A stretch of DNA of 32,000 bases. Origin: Sulfolobus acidocaldarius DSM 639 (GTDB taxonomy: Archaea > Thermoproteota > Thermoprotei_A > Sulfolobales > Sulfolobaceae). The position numbers and the translations under genes were made by a program. A model generated the notes under the pieces. That model was given only the letters and a program-made list of their open reading frames with translations. It was not told the DNA's origin and ran no database searches. Shown here piece by piece: positions 9,597 to 18,879 of this stretch (the stretch's first letter is position 1; every line of letters starts with the position of its first letter). The stretch covers positions 360,001 through 392,000 of the forward strand of contig NC_007181.1 of the NCBI RefSeq assembly GCF_000012285.1, given 5' to 3'.

Positions 9597-9706
9597 TTTT
9601 ACACACGATTTTTATACTATATTTAAAAATCATTTATTTTAACTACCTTGATGATTAGTATTATATATTTTACCTATAAGCCATTTTTTATACTTTTCAA
9701 GGGGAA

Positions 9707-9788
9707 CTCCCTTTAAGCTTTCATGAAACTAACGGGGGTAAACTAGGAAAACTTTTTAAAACTTTAGGACAGTAAAGCTTAAAGGGAG
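9707..9788. promoter_or_regulatory. Perfect 15-bp inverted repeat around the APC permease core promoter
   Basis: CTCCCTTTAAGCTTT (9707-9721) and AAAGCTTAAAGGGAG (9774-9788), 52-nt spacing; a TATA-like ctttttaaaa lies between them. Confidence 0.7.
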
Positions 9789-9795
9789 ATGTAGT

Positions 9796-11196
9796 ATGCA
9801 ACTTTCAAAAGGTTCTTTGTCGATAAGAGAATCATATGGACAAGCAATGGCTGTAACTGCACCATTAGGAAGCGTTGTATCCACAACAACTGCAGCAATA
9901 GCTTATGCAGGAAAATCAGTCTTGTTTGCGACACTCCTAGCCTTTTTAGCGAGTTTGCTCTGGATGTTCACTTTGACAAAATATACTAAGAAAATTGCCT
10001 CTCCAGGAGGATACTATACATTCGGATCAGCTGCATGGAGAAGTAAGACCGTAGCCTACTATGAAGCTATAACTGAAGTAATAGCATATTCTTCACTAAA
10101 TGCTGTTAATTCCTTCTCAGTTTACCTATTACTGAAAGTAACTTTTCAAATGTTAAATCTTGAATTGCCAGATTATGTTCTCCCTCTCTCCCTTGTGATA
10201 GGACTAATTTATCCCACGCTCTCTTCAGTAATTCTACACATTAGAAAAGTGTTGGGATACATAGTTAGTATAAGTGCTACATTAGAAGTAATATTCTTAT
10301 ACGTTCTTTTCGGCTATGCAGTAGCCACGAGAGGATTTGATATAACATATTTATCCCCTGTTGGAACGAATTTTAGTAGTTTAGGTACTGCGATGGTTCT
10401 AACAATTGTCAGTATAGCAGGTGCAGGGGCTGCTGCTTACTTAGGAGAGGAAACCAAAAAGCCTACCTCAACTATTACCACTGGAATAAAGATTGCCTAT
10501 GTCGTAGGAGGAGGAGCAATTTTAGCAGGTACTTACGCGTTAGTAGCTCTATGGAATGAACCTATACAGACTCTAAGTAACTCTCCACAACCCTTAATTC
10601 AGGAGCTATATCCAATTAGTTTCATCGTAATGCTAATCAGTCTAATATTATCCATAAATAGTCTACTTGCTTCAAACATAGGAACAACAGTGGGTGCTGC
10701 AAGAATCTTATTTAACCTTGCAAGAGAGAAGGCTATGCCGAAAGTATTTTCTAGATTAAACTCCGAGCGAGAGCCACTTATAGCTACAGTAGTGGTCGGT
10801 TTAATTTCTGCCATATTTGCTATTTCCTCTTTAACTTATACTGGATCAGCTGATGTTGCATTTACAGAGATTAGTTTCATATCAAGCTTATTCTGGTTAG
10901 CTGGAAGGATAGTCGACAATCTAGGTGCACCAGTGTTTTACTGGAGATTAAGAGAGTTAACTCCTAAAATATTAATCGTATTCCTAGGCTCCACTACTAT
11001 TAACTTAGTTGGTATGATTGGGTCTTTACAGGCACCAGACATGTTCCAGGCTGTTTACTTGATTTCCGTGTTGGCTGCAGCTACGCTTTGGTATATTATT
11101 AAAGCCAGAAAAGGTATAGCAGGTAAATATCTTGTAGACGAAAACAATCAACTAATTACAATGGAAGAGTATTTCGCAAAAGTAAGAAGTAGATAG
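9796..11196 (+). CDS. APC-superfamily amino acid permease
   Basis: About 12 hydrophobic segments; GSVVSTTTAAIAYAGKS, SPGGYYTFGSAAWRSKTVAYYEA, AGAGAAAYLGEETKKP typical of APC transporters. Confidence 0.8.
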   Translation: MQLSKGSLSIRESYGQAMAVTAPLGSVVSTTTAAIAYAGKSVLFATLLAFLASLLWMFTLTKYTKKIASPGGYYTFGSAAWRSKTVAYYEAITEVIAYSSLNAVNSFSVYLLLKVTFQMLNLELPDYVLPLSLVIGLIYPTLSSVILHIRKVLGYIVSISATLEVIFLYVLFGYAVATRGFDITYLSPVGTNFSSLGTAMVLTIVSIAGAGAAAYLGEETKKPTSTITTGIKIAYVVGGGAILAGTYALVALWNEPIQTLSNSPQPLIQELYPISFIVMLISLILSINSLLASNIGTTVGAARILFNLAREKAMPKVFSRLNSEREPLIATVVVGLISAIFAISSLTYTGSADVAFTEISFISSLFWLAGRIVDNLGAPVFYWRLRELTPKILIVFLGSTTINLVGMIGSLQAPDMFQAVYLISVLAAATLWYIIKARKGIAGKYLVDENNQLITMEEYFAKVRSR

Positions 11197-11318
11197 TTCT
11201 AGTCCTAACTACTTATTTTAACTTTAGTAATATTTTAGTTTAGTCTAAATGAATAATACAGCATTCTCCTTTTTCGGTCATATAAATTAATATTCTACGA
11301 TTCGCCGATTATTATTCA

Positions 11319-11498
11319 ATGAACTCTAAACAGAGGATTGTTTTTGCAGTGGGTATCATATTAATGGCTATTTTGTTTGATTATTTAGGTTCATCATTTC
11401 AGAATATATGGATACTTGTACTTTCAATGGCTTTAGCTATTACTGGAGTGTTGATTGGGATAAGAAGTATAATTGAATATTTAGGTGAAAGAATGTAA
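11319..11498 (+). CDS. Small two-TM membrane protein, 59 aa (not in the supplied track)
   Basis: Translated by hand: MNSKQRIVFAVGIILMAILFDYLGSSFQNIWILVLSMALAITGVLIGIRSIIEYLGERM*; tataaatt TATA-like tract about 35 bp upstream. Confidence 0.5.
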   Translation: MNSKQRIVFAVGIILMAILFDYLGSSFQNIWILVLSMALAITGVLIGIRSIIEYLGERM

Positions 11499-11685
11499 TA
11501 TAAATATATCTACAAAATTCTACAAATATTTTACCATTATATATCTAGGAAAACTCATAAATCGTTTAAGCATGTATTAGTTAGTGCAGTTCATTAAATT
11601 ACTATTTACTACGATTAACTAAATTATAATAAGTAAAGAATGAGCTCAGAGACTTAACAATTATATACTTATAATTTACACTAGA

Positions 11686-11743
11686 TATTAATGATGAGCT
11701 CGGACGTACCGATGTGTGAGGAAGGTCTTGAGTACTGATAAAA
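11686..11743 (+). ncRNA. C/D-box sRNA candidate in a long intergenic region
   Basis: C ATGATGA 11691-11697, D'-like CCGA 11709-11712, C'-like TGTGTGA 11713-11719, guide ggaaggtcttgagta, D CTGA 11735-11738; ttatatac TATA-like element 11661-11668. Internal boxes are degenerate. Confidence 0.5.
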
Positions 11744-12077
11744 TCTATAACTCTAACTTCTAAAATGAGTTTTTAGAGATTTTTAATTAAAAATTAAAGT
11801 TGAACATAAAATATTAATTTTTGATGTAACCATGAATATGTATTCATATAAACTATCTTCAACATATGCTGTTTTAAAAGAATAAATAGAATCTTTAAGT
11901 ATACTCATACTAATTTATAGCGAAAGTAATAATACTCAGCTTATGTACAGACGCGTAAATAAAGGAGAAGGATTAACGAGAAAGACAGCTTTTAACTAGG
12001 AGCTGATTAACGTTGTAAATGATTAGCCTTTAAAATGTCTCCATATAATCTTACGTTACGTAGGAAAAAGCCTCTCA

Positions 12078-12728
12078 TTAGTACCAAAATCCACATAAAC
12101 CCCTCAGTCGTGTAAAATATACGTCCATTACCTTAGTTATCACAGGAGAGCCAGTCTCTCCCTTATATATCCTGTATAACCCTTGTCTTTTTTCATTATC
12201 AGAAATTGGCACAATCATAATTCCTTTTTCTTTCATCTGTTGATATAGAGCATATGGAAAAGTAGGCGAAGATGCCCAAACAATGATCTTGTCATATGGA
12301 GATCCTGAAATGTAACCAAGGCTTCCATCCCCAAAAATCAAATGAATACCATGGTACTCCTTAAGATTATTCTTTGCTAAATTGTACGCCTCCTCATCAA
12401 ACTCAATTGTATATACATTTTCTGCCCCAACAATTTCAGCCATTAATGCAGTATAATACCCACTCCCTGTACCAATCTCTAAGACCTTATCACTCTTCTT
12501 TAATTCTAAAAGATCCACCATTTTCACTCCTAATCCCAATGCAGTAGTATTGTAATTTTTAGTAATTTGGATAGGTTGATCTATATGCTTGAGAGAATAA
12601 GCTATATCTGAATACTTAGCAGGAAGAAACTTCCTCCTGTCAAGTTTCATGAAAGCCTCCAGTACATCTGAATTTACAACTATAGTTGAGAGGTATTTTA
12701 GAATAGCTTCTTTTTCACTCGTACTCAT
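12078..12728 (-). CDS. pcm: Protein-L-isoaspartate O-methyltransferase-like
   Basis: [56 protein letters not shown]: PIMT motif I and preceding region. Confidence 0.85.
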   Translation of the reverse strand: MSTSEKEAILKYLSTIVVNSDVLEAFMKLDRRKFLPAKYSDIAYSLKHIDQPIQITKNYNTTALGLGVKMVDLLELKKSDKVLEIGTGSGYYTALMAEIVGAENVYTIEFDEEAYNLAKNNLKEYHGIHLIFGDGSLGYISGSPYDKIIVWASSPTFPYALYQQMKEKGIMIVPISDNEKRQGLYRIYKGETGSPVITKVMDVYFTRLRGLCGFWY

Positions 12729-14482
12729 GTATACCTCTTCAAGTTTTCTTTTAATTCTTGTACATTGTTCTCAGCTTTAAACATTACTGGAATATCTTCC
12801 TTTAGTGCAGCCTTAAAACTAATCAATAGCCATTGACCTATATCGAAATTTAACGTCCTGTCTACCAGAGAATCTGATATACCAAATGTATCTGATATCA
12901 GTTGCCTATCATAGGGTCTTGGCAAGGTACTCACGAAGTAGGTGTGGATCTGTTGCAGTACGTTTGTATTAAGGTAAGCTAATCTCTGCGTGCTTATCAA
13001 AGCGTGAAGATGATACTTTCTACCGTGTCTAAGTAATTTTTCAACAGAGGAAGAGGACTGCTCTGTGTAGTCTTTTTGTCTAGTCTCAAACGGTATAAAT
13101 TCCTGAGCTTCGTCTAATACAAAAAGAATTACCGGTAAGGAAGAGTAGGCTCTCTTCCTCCTCATATATATATTTTCAATCAGCAAATGGGTAACTAATC
13201 TAGCATCGTCTATATTAGGTGTCTCTACCACAAATAGTCTTGGTGAAGAGGGGTCTTGATCCAATATTTCAATAGCTAAGCTCTCTACATCGTATTCTTC
13301 CACCTCTGATGGTTTAACCTGAATATATGTCTTTATGGAAGATAAGAAGGTGAATATCACTGAGCCGTCTCTGACTCCTGCTTCTCTTGCTTTCTCTTCA
13401 GCTTCTCTGAGCAGTGGGTTAATTGTATCGTCTACAATATCGTCTTTAGTTAATTTACGTTCTCTCATGAGGTTATCGAGAGATTGAAGGAGAGCCATAA
13501 AGAGAGGCTTCTGGGATGTGGAAACATATTTATCTTCTATCTGTGAACGTATCATTTCAATTAATGTGCCATAACTAAGATAACTTATCCCCTGCGGGGG
13601 AATGTATAGCCTTCTTAGTTTTTGTTCAGTATACAATTTGATAAAGCCCTTCCTTATAGATTCACGAACGTCCTCTAATTCTTCAGGTAAAACATGTGTC
13701 CTCAACAGCCTTTTTCCAGCATCTAGTTCATTAGATGGTAACCTATCTAGGGTGACTAGTCTTGAGTTTAAGGAGAGTAATTCATCTAAAAGAAGAATAG
13801 AATATTCCATTGAAACGTCTATTATTACGACTTTAAGGTCCTTGTATTTGTTTAAAGCCCTCCTAACTATTAATGAGGTTAAATTCGACTTACCTGATCC
13901 TGTGTATGCAAAAACTCCTATGTGGTAATTTATAGCCTTTAGTAAGTTTACCTTAAGATCTATCTCCTCGTTGACTGACTTACCTAGTATTGTCCCTTCA
14001 GGATAGAAAATGAACTTCTCTAGAGCTTCTGATGTGAAAAGTTTCACTTTTGAAGCAGGCAAGGGGGGTACATAGCCCTTTTTAAACTCTATCTTTCCGT
14101 CCTCTTCTTTCATTATGTAACCGACAGGTGTTGCTATAACGTCAATCCAAGCTTGATTTGTATTCCACGTTTCCTCTATCCTTCTCATTATTTCGTTTCT
14201 TAACTCTGGGGGAATGGTACCATCTAGGTTTATCATTCCAAAATGTTGAGGAATATAGTCAGTTATTTCTAAAATTAAATAGACACCCTTCCTTATGGTC
14301 TCTACGAGCAAAAGTTTTCCTACATCAATCTGTGTATCTGATGAGAAGGGAATCTCCACCATAAACGTTTTGAACGTTATAGTGCCTCTTCCATCCGCTG
14401 TTGGTCTTGTGATAGTTTTTATTTCCCTTAGCCTTCCATTAAGTTCTTTAAACAACATAATTATCCCTTTTTCCTTTTCCAC
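12725..14482 (-). CDS. HerA/FtsK-superfamily ATPase (HerA-like)
   Basis: HAS-barrel-like N-terminus, Walker [19 protein letters not shown], Walker [38 protein letters not shown] sensor region typical of HerA. Confidence 0.85.
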   Translation of the reverse strand: MEKEKGIIMLFKELNGRLREIKTITRPTADGRGTITFKTFMVEIPFSSDTQIDVGKLLLVETIRKGVYLILEITDYIPQHFGMINLDGTIPPELRNEIMRRIEETWNTNQAWIDVIATPVGYIMKEEDGKIEFKKGYVPPLPASKVKLFTSEALEKFIFYPEGTILGKSVNEEIDLKVNLLKAINYHIGVFAYTGSGKSNLTSLIVRRALNKYKDLKVVIIDVSMEYSILLLDELLSLNSRLVTLDRLPSNELDAGKRLLRTHVLPEELEDVRESIRKGFIKLYTEQKLRRLYIPPQGISYLSYGTLIEMIRSQIEDKYVSTSQKPLFMALLQSLDNLMRERKLTKDDIVDDTINPLLREAEEKAREAGVRDGSVIFTFLSSIKTYIQVKPSEVEEYDVESLAIEILDQDPSSPRLFVVETPNIDDARLVTHLLIENIYMRRKRAYSSLPVILFVLDEAQEFIPFETRQKDYTEQSSSSVEKLLRHGRKYHLHALISTQRLAYLNTNVLQQIHTYFVSTLPRPYDRQLISDTFGISDSLVDRTLNFDIGQWLLISFKAALKEDIPVMFKAENNVQELKENLKRYT

Positions 14483-15159
14483 TCAATAAAACTTCTGAAT
14501 TCCCTGTAATTATTATAATTGTGAGCGATAACATCTAGTGCCTTACTACCCTTATCCCTGTAATATTTAGCAACTTTATCTACCAAGAATAATAGATAAT
14601 TGTATCCTAAAGCCTCTGGAATGGGCTCTTTGCCCAAAACATACAATAATGACAAAATATTTTCCCAGCTCCAATCTACTGTAACTTCCACAAGGAAGAC
14701 CCAAGAAAAGCTAAATAGTTTAAAATATCCTCCTCTGATACCATCTCGTTCATAAGAGGACACGAGCCAAGGTGTTTCATGATTAATGTTAGGCACATTA
14801 GCGGGATCCTTTGCAATGCTTATGATATTTTTACCTGTAAATTTATCGAATGTTAGCTTCCTGTCTAGAAATATGAGATCAACGTCTAATTTCTGAGCCT
14901 CCTCATATTCCATTTTCCTCATAACATCTTCAGGATTACAGTCTTCGCATATGTTATCCTTGTACGAAATCTCTTTCACATTATATTCATTACCGCAAAT
15001 TTCACCTTTCACTATACCCACTACAATGTAAGAAAGGTTTGCGACTGTATGGAAGCTACCGTCTATAGCCTTATAAGTTCCACACCAATTATTTTTTCCA
15101 AAAGTAGTATAAAGTACTGTGGCTGAATCACCATTATCAATCATCGCAGACGATCTCAT
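14461..15159 (-). CDS. NurA-domain nuclease-like protein
   Basis: [11 protein letters not shown] (N-terminal DGS motif), [12 protein letters not shown]...DLIFLDRKL, and C-terminal WVFLVEVT...[20 protein letters not shown] resemble NurA; adjacent HerA-like gene overlaps by 22 nt. Confidence 0.7.
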   Translation of the reverse strand: MRSSAMIDNGDSATVLYTTFGKNNWCGTYKAIDGSFHTVANLSYIVVGIVKGEICGNEYNVKEISYKDNICEDCNPEDVMRKMEYEEAQKLDVDLIFLDRKLTFDKFTGKNIISIAKDPANVPNINHETPWLVSSYERDGIRGGYFKLFSFSWVFLVEVTVDWSWENILSLLYVLGKEPIPEALGYNYLLFLVDKVAKYYRDKGSKALDVIAHNYNNYREFRSFIEWKRKKG

Positions 15160-16042
15160 TCCTGTAATTAGAGTATTCGTAGCTAAAAAACTTAGAGAGA
15201 GGGGTATGACGCAGTCCAGGATAGCTACACTATTAGGTGTTAGCCAGCCAGCAATAAAGCAATACCTTGATGAGGACGAACAAGAGGAAGTTAATAAGAT
15301 AAGGAAGATGGGATTAAATGAAGAGGAAATTTACGACGTCGTTAACAATGTAGTTGAACTTCTATTGAGGAATAACACTAAGTCTGCTATGTATTACATA
15401 ACAGACTTTGGTTTAAGAGTATTAAATGAATTAAAACTGTGTAAATACCATAGAGAAATAAATAATCTAATACCGCAAGACTGTGACATATGCAAATTAT
15501 TCTATCATAGTTCAGATGAAGAAATCATGGATATCGCAATTTCATTGATTCAAAATCCAATAGTAGCTCCACTTATACCTCAGGTTCTAAGCAATATTGC
15601 CTATGCAGAACAGAATGCTAAAAATGAAGACGATGTAATTGCAATTCCTGGTAGAATCACAAGAGTTCTGGGAGTACCTACACCTGCCTCAAAACCAATG
15701 AGGGGAGCTAGTAAGCATTTGTCTAGAATTCTCCTGGGTATAATAAAAAAAAGAGGAGATATAAGGGCTGTAATGAACATAAAATACGATGAGACCTTAA
15801 AAACTGTTTTCAGTCAACTAAAGCTTAAAGTAGTTTACGTTGGACCTCATGATTACGCTACAAATGAAGATATAGCAAAGGAAATTGTAGACGCATTTAC
15901 TGATGATGCTGACTGTGTAGTTCATTTAGGAGGAAAAAATATTGAGGCTAATACTTATGTCTTTGGACGAGATCCTATCGATGTAACAAAAAAAGTTCTT
16001 AATATCGCAAGGAAGTACAGGGAATTAACTGAAAATGAATAA
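15119..16042 (+). CDS. HTH (XRE-like) transcriptional regulator with C-terminal ThiN domain (ThiR-like)
   Basis: RGMTQSRIATLLGVSQPAIKQYL HTH; MNIKYDETLKTVFSQLKLKVVYV...CVVHLGGKNIEANTYVFGRDPIDVTKKVLNIARKY matches ThiN-type domains. Confidence 0.7.
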   Translation: MAESPLSIIADDLIPVIRVFVAKKLRERGMTQSRIATLLGVSQPAIKQYLDEDEQEEVNKIRKMGLNEEEIYDVVNNVVELLLRNNTKSAMYYITDFGLRVLNELKLCKYHREINNLIPQDCDICKLFYHSSDEEIMDIAISLIQNPIVAPLIPQVLSNIAYAEQNAKNEDDVIAIPGRITRVLGVPTPASKPMRGASKHLSRILLGIIKKRGDIRAVMNIKYDETLKTVFSQLKLKVVYVGPHDYATNEDIAKEIVDAFTDDADCVVHLGGKNIEANTYVFGRDPIDVTKKVLNIARKYRELTENE

Positions 16043-16107
16043 TGTTGGAGTAATACCACGTCTTATGTACGTACTGCTTAATTATTACTCAAAAGGAAAG
16101 AGTGAAT

Positions 16108-16275
16108 ATGTCACAACTTAAAGATGCTGTTAAAATGTTGGAGGAAATTGAAAGAATAATAAAGAACTCGGATATAAAAGAAGGGGACGATGGTAAAGTT
16201 TTAGAAGAGATTCTCCTGCGAAATATGAATATAGAGGCTGAAATTTACGCAAGATATTTTAAAAAGCAAGAGTGA
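16108..16275 (+). CDS. Small acidic helical protein, 55 aa (not in the supplied track)
   Basis: [55 protein letters not shown]; its stop overlaps the GTG start of the next gene. Confidence 0.6.
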   Translation: MSQLKDAVKMLEEIERIIKNSDIKEGDDGKVLEEILLRNMNIEAEIYARYFKKQE

Positions 16276-16916
16276 AGTTTGATTTTGTGTTTGATGTTTA
16301 TGTAAATCAATTAAGAGGAGACTTCAAAATATTAAGTAATCACAACGTGGTCATAGGTCTTAATAGGAATGTAATTTCTGAATTAGATAAGGTAGGACTT
16401 CCATATAAAATATTCGTAGACAATCTCTCAGATTTCATACTTAACAAAGATCATATAAGGACTTTTTACCTTGTCGGTAAGAAGCAAGGAGAAAACAGGG
16501 GAACTGCGTTTAACTTAACCGTTCATACTAATATTGACGAGGAAGATAACATTTTCTTTCTCGTTATAAATCAGGATGGGAATGTTCAAGTTAACTTTGC
16601 TAAAAATAATTATATAAATGAGAGCATATATAGAGCTACAGAAAAACTATTAAATACCGACAGATTAGAGTTCTCATTGCCTTATTTATATAGATTTGTA
16701 ATATTTGAAGCTTTCAATTCATTCAAAAAACTTACAAACACAGTTTTTGAAGGGATAGTAGATGATAAATTAATAGTTATAGATGACAGGAATAGAGGGC
16801 TAATATGGGAGGTCGATAATCTAACTTTCATGTATTACTCTGAGATATCAAACCCTATTTCCTCGAAAAGTTTAGGATTATTAAGGAATAAATATTTTAA
16901 ACATAGAATTAACTAA
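16272..16916 (+). CDS. Hypothetical protein, 214 aa
   Basis: Uninterrupted ORF in a tight co-directional cluster; GTG start overlapping the preceding stop. Confidence 0.6.
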
Positions 16917-16930
16917 CTTTAGGATATACT

Positions 16931-17545
16931 TTGAGTAACTTACTAAATGAACTTGAATGGAGATTTAGGAATCTGAATGAAGGCTTAGCGTTTCTTTTGG
17001 CAATACTGTCCATAGCCATAGCGTATATAAGACCATATTCGTTGACCTATGATCCCTTAGTCTATTTAGTATTTCCGATCGTAACCGCAACAATAGCCAT
17101 AGTTCCGCATGAAATAGCACATAGACAAATTGCTAGGAGGTATGGTTCATATTCGAGATTTGCCCTGAGTTTCACAGGATTTCTAATAACGTTATTAGTT
17201 AATTTGATAAGTGCCTTTGGAATATCTCCATTTGTAATATTTGCGTCAGGCTATACACTAATTTTGGGTAGATTCGGTGTACCTACCCAAGAGGTTGAAG
17301 GAAAAATATCTTTTGGAGGACCGGCTGTTAACCTTGCAGTAAGTATAGTTTCATTCATTATTGCTGGCTTTACATCAAATCCTCTTGTATACATTTTCTT
17401 TGCAGAGCTTTATAGTTTTAATGCATGGGTAGCATTCTTTAACCTGTTACCTATTCCTCCCCTAGATGGATTTAAGGTATTCAGATGGAATAAAACACTG
17501 TGGATAATAGGTCTCATAGTATCTTTAGCTCTTGTAATATTATGA
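16931..17545 (+). CDS. M50 (site-2-protease-like) membrane metalloprotease
   Basis: TM protein with IVPHEIAHRQIARRYG (HExxH) and NPLVYIFFAELYSFNAWVAFFNLLPIPPLDGFKVF (NPxxDG-like). Confidence 0.85.
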   Translation: MSNLLNELEWRFRNLNEGLAFLLAILSIAIAYIRPYSLTYDPLVYLVFPIVTATIAIVPHEIAHRQIARRYGSYSRFALSFTGFLITLLVNLISAFGISPFVIFASGYTLILGRFGVPTQEVEGKISFGGPAVNLAVSIVSFIIAGFTSNPLVYIFFAELYSFNAWVAFFNLLPIPPLDGFKVFRWNKTLWIIGLIVSLALVIL

Positions 17546-17558
17546 GATGTGAAACTGA

Positions 17559-18125
17559 ATGTCTAATCCAATAAGAAATGCTACCTTTTTTATAATGGTA
17601 TTGGTTACTATAGGATTTATAGTGGGTTTAATACTTGAATTTGTAAATCCGTTCCTATTATTTTTATTAATTCAATATAATAGACTAGTGATAGATTATC
17701 ACTTTTATTGGCAATTACTGACCTCTATATTTGTTACTCCTTCAATATTGGATTGGTTATTTAACACCGCAGCTCTGTATTTCATCTATTGGTTATATAA
17801 AAGTAGGTCAGCAAAACTAGAAATACCTATCTTTTTAGTCTCAGGAATTATTGGCAATCTAGTATACTTATTATTGGATCCCAATGGACCTCCTTCAGCA
17901 GGTGCCTCAGGGGGTATATTTGGCTTGCTTTCTTTCTATGCATTGAACGATTATTTAGAGAAGAGAGAAAAGAATGGGCTTCTACTTCTTCTCCTCATAT
18001 TTCTGCTTAGTAATTTGTTTCCTTTTCTTAACGTGAATGTCTATGCACACACAGGTGGGGTAATAGCGGGGTTATTACTGTCTCTAATTCTTTATAAAAC
18101 TTTCAGAAGAGACTATTATATGTGA
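17559..18125 (+). CDS. Rhomboid-family intramembrane serine protease
   Basis: GPPSAGASGGIFGLLSF (GxSG active-site Ser) and NVYAHTGGVIAGLLLSLI (active-site His); HFYWQLLTSIF. Confidence 0.85.
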   Translation: MSNPIRNATFFIMVLVTIGFIVGLILEFVNPFLLFLLIQYNRLVIDYHFYWQLLTSIFVTPSILDWLFNTAALYFIYWLYKSRSAKLEIPIFLVSGIIGNLVYLLLDPNGPPSAGASGGIFGLLSFYALNDYLEKREKNGLLLLLLIFLLSNLFPFLNVNVYAHTGGVIAGLLLSLILYKTFRRDYYM

Positions 18126-18289
18126 ATGTAGTAGAACTCATTTTACTAATAGTAGGTATATGCATGTTTCCATATGGTATCTATGAAGTATGGAAAGGGA
18201 ATGGGGACAAGGATCTTAAATTAGTTATTATAGGAATCTCCCTAGCCTTATTTATTGTAGAAACAGTTTTAGTCTTCATAACTAAATAA
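18122..18289 (+). CDS. Small two-TM protein, 55 aa (not in the supplied track)
   Basis: GTG start overlapping the rhomboid stop; [55 protein letters not shown]. Confidence 0.55.
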   Translation: MNVVELILLIVGICMFPYGIYEVWKGNGDKDLKLVIIGISLALFIVETVLVFITK

Positions 18290-18297
18290 TTAGAAGA

Positions 18298-18867
18298 ATG
18301 ATTATAATCGTAGCAGGGACACCGGGAACCGGAAAGACTACAGTTGCAAAGGCGTTATCTGAAAAATTAAACCTAAATTTTCTTCTTCTCTCATCATTTA
18401 TAATAGAAAATAAGGCTTACACAGAATATGATGATATTAGACAAAGTTATATCATCGATGAAGATAAAGTATTTGAGTTAATAGAGAAATATATAGAGAA
18501 TAATCCTAATGTTGTGATCGAGACAATTTACCCTTCTCTTGTGCCTAAAGCGGATAAGATCGTAGTTCTGAAAAGAGATCCTTTCATCTTGCATGAGGAG
18601 TTGAAAAAGAGAAATTGGAATGAGTTAAAGATAGCGGAAAATTTAGAGGCTGAAATATTAGGTGTAATAGAGGCAGAGGCAATAGAAGCTTTTGGAAAAG
18701 ATAAGGTATGTAGCATAAACAATACAGGAAGGACAATTTCTCAGATATTAGAAAAAATAATTAAAAATGAATGTGAGCAAATTGATTGGTTAGATGATGA
18801 AAAAATTCAGAATTTCTTATTATCATTAGATAAGGTTATTAGTAAGTATGAAGATGAGAAAAGTTGA
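18298..18867 (+). CDS. Adenylate kinase-like NMP kinase (Fap7/AK6 family)
   Basis: [24 protein letters not shown] Walker [25 protein letters not shown]. Confidence 0.8.
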   Translation: MIIIVAGTPGTGKTTVAKALSEKLNLNFLLLSSFIIENKAYTEYDDIRQSYIIDEDKVFELIEKYIENNPNVVIETIYPSLVPKADKIVVLKRDPFILHEELKKRNWNELKIAENLEAEILGVIEAEAIEAFGKDKVCSINNTGRTISQILEKIIKNECEQIDWLDDEKIQNFLLSLDKVISKYEDEKS

Positions 18868-18879
18868 GAGTGAAAATTT

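Noticed and set aside
13602-13928. Plus-strand 108-aa ORF and others at 14158-14364
   Set aside because: Antisense to the HerA-like ATPase with strong motifs; no independent support.
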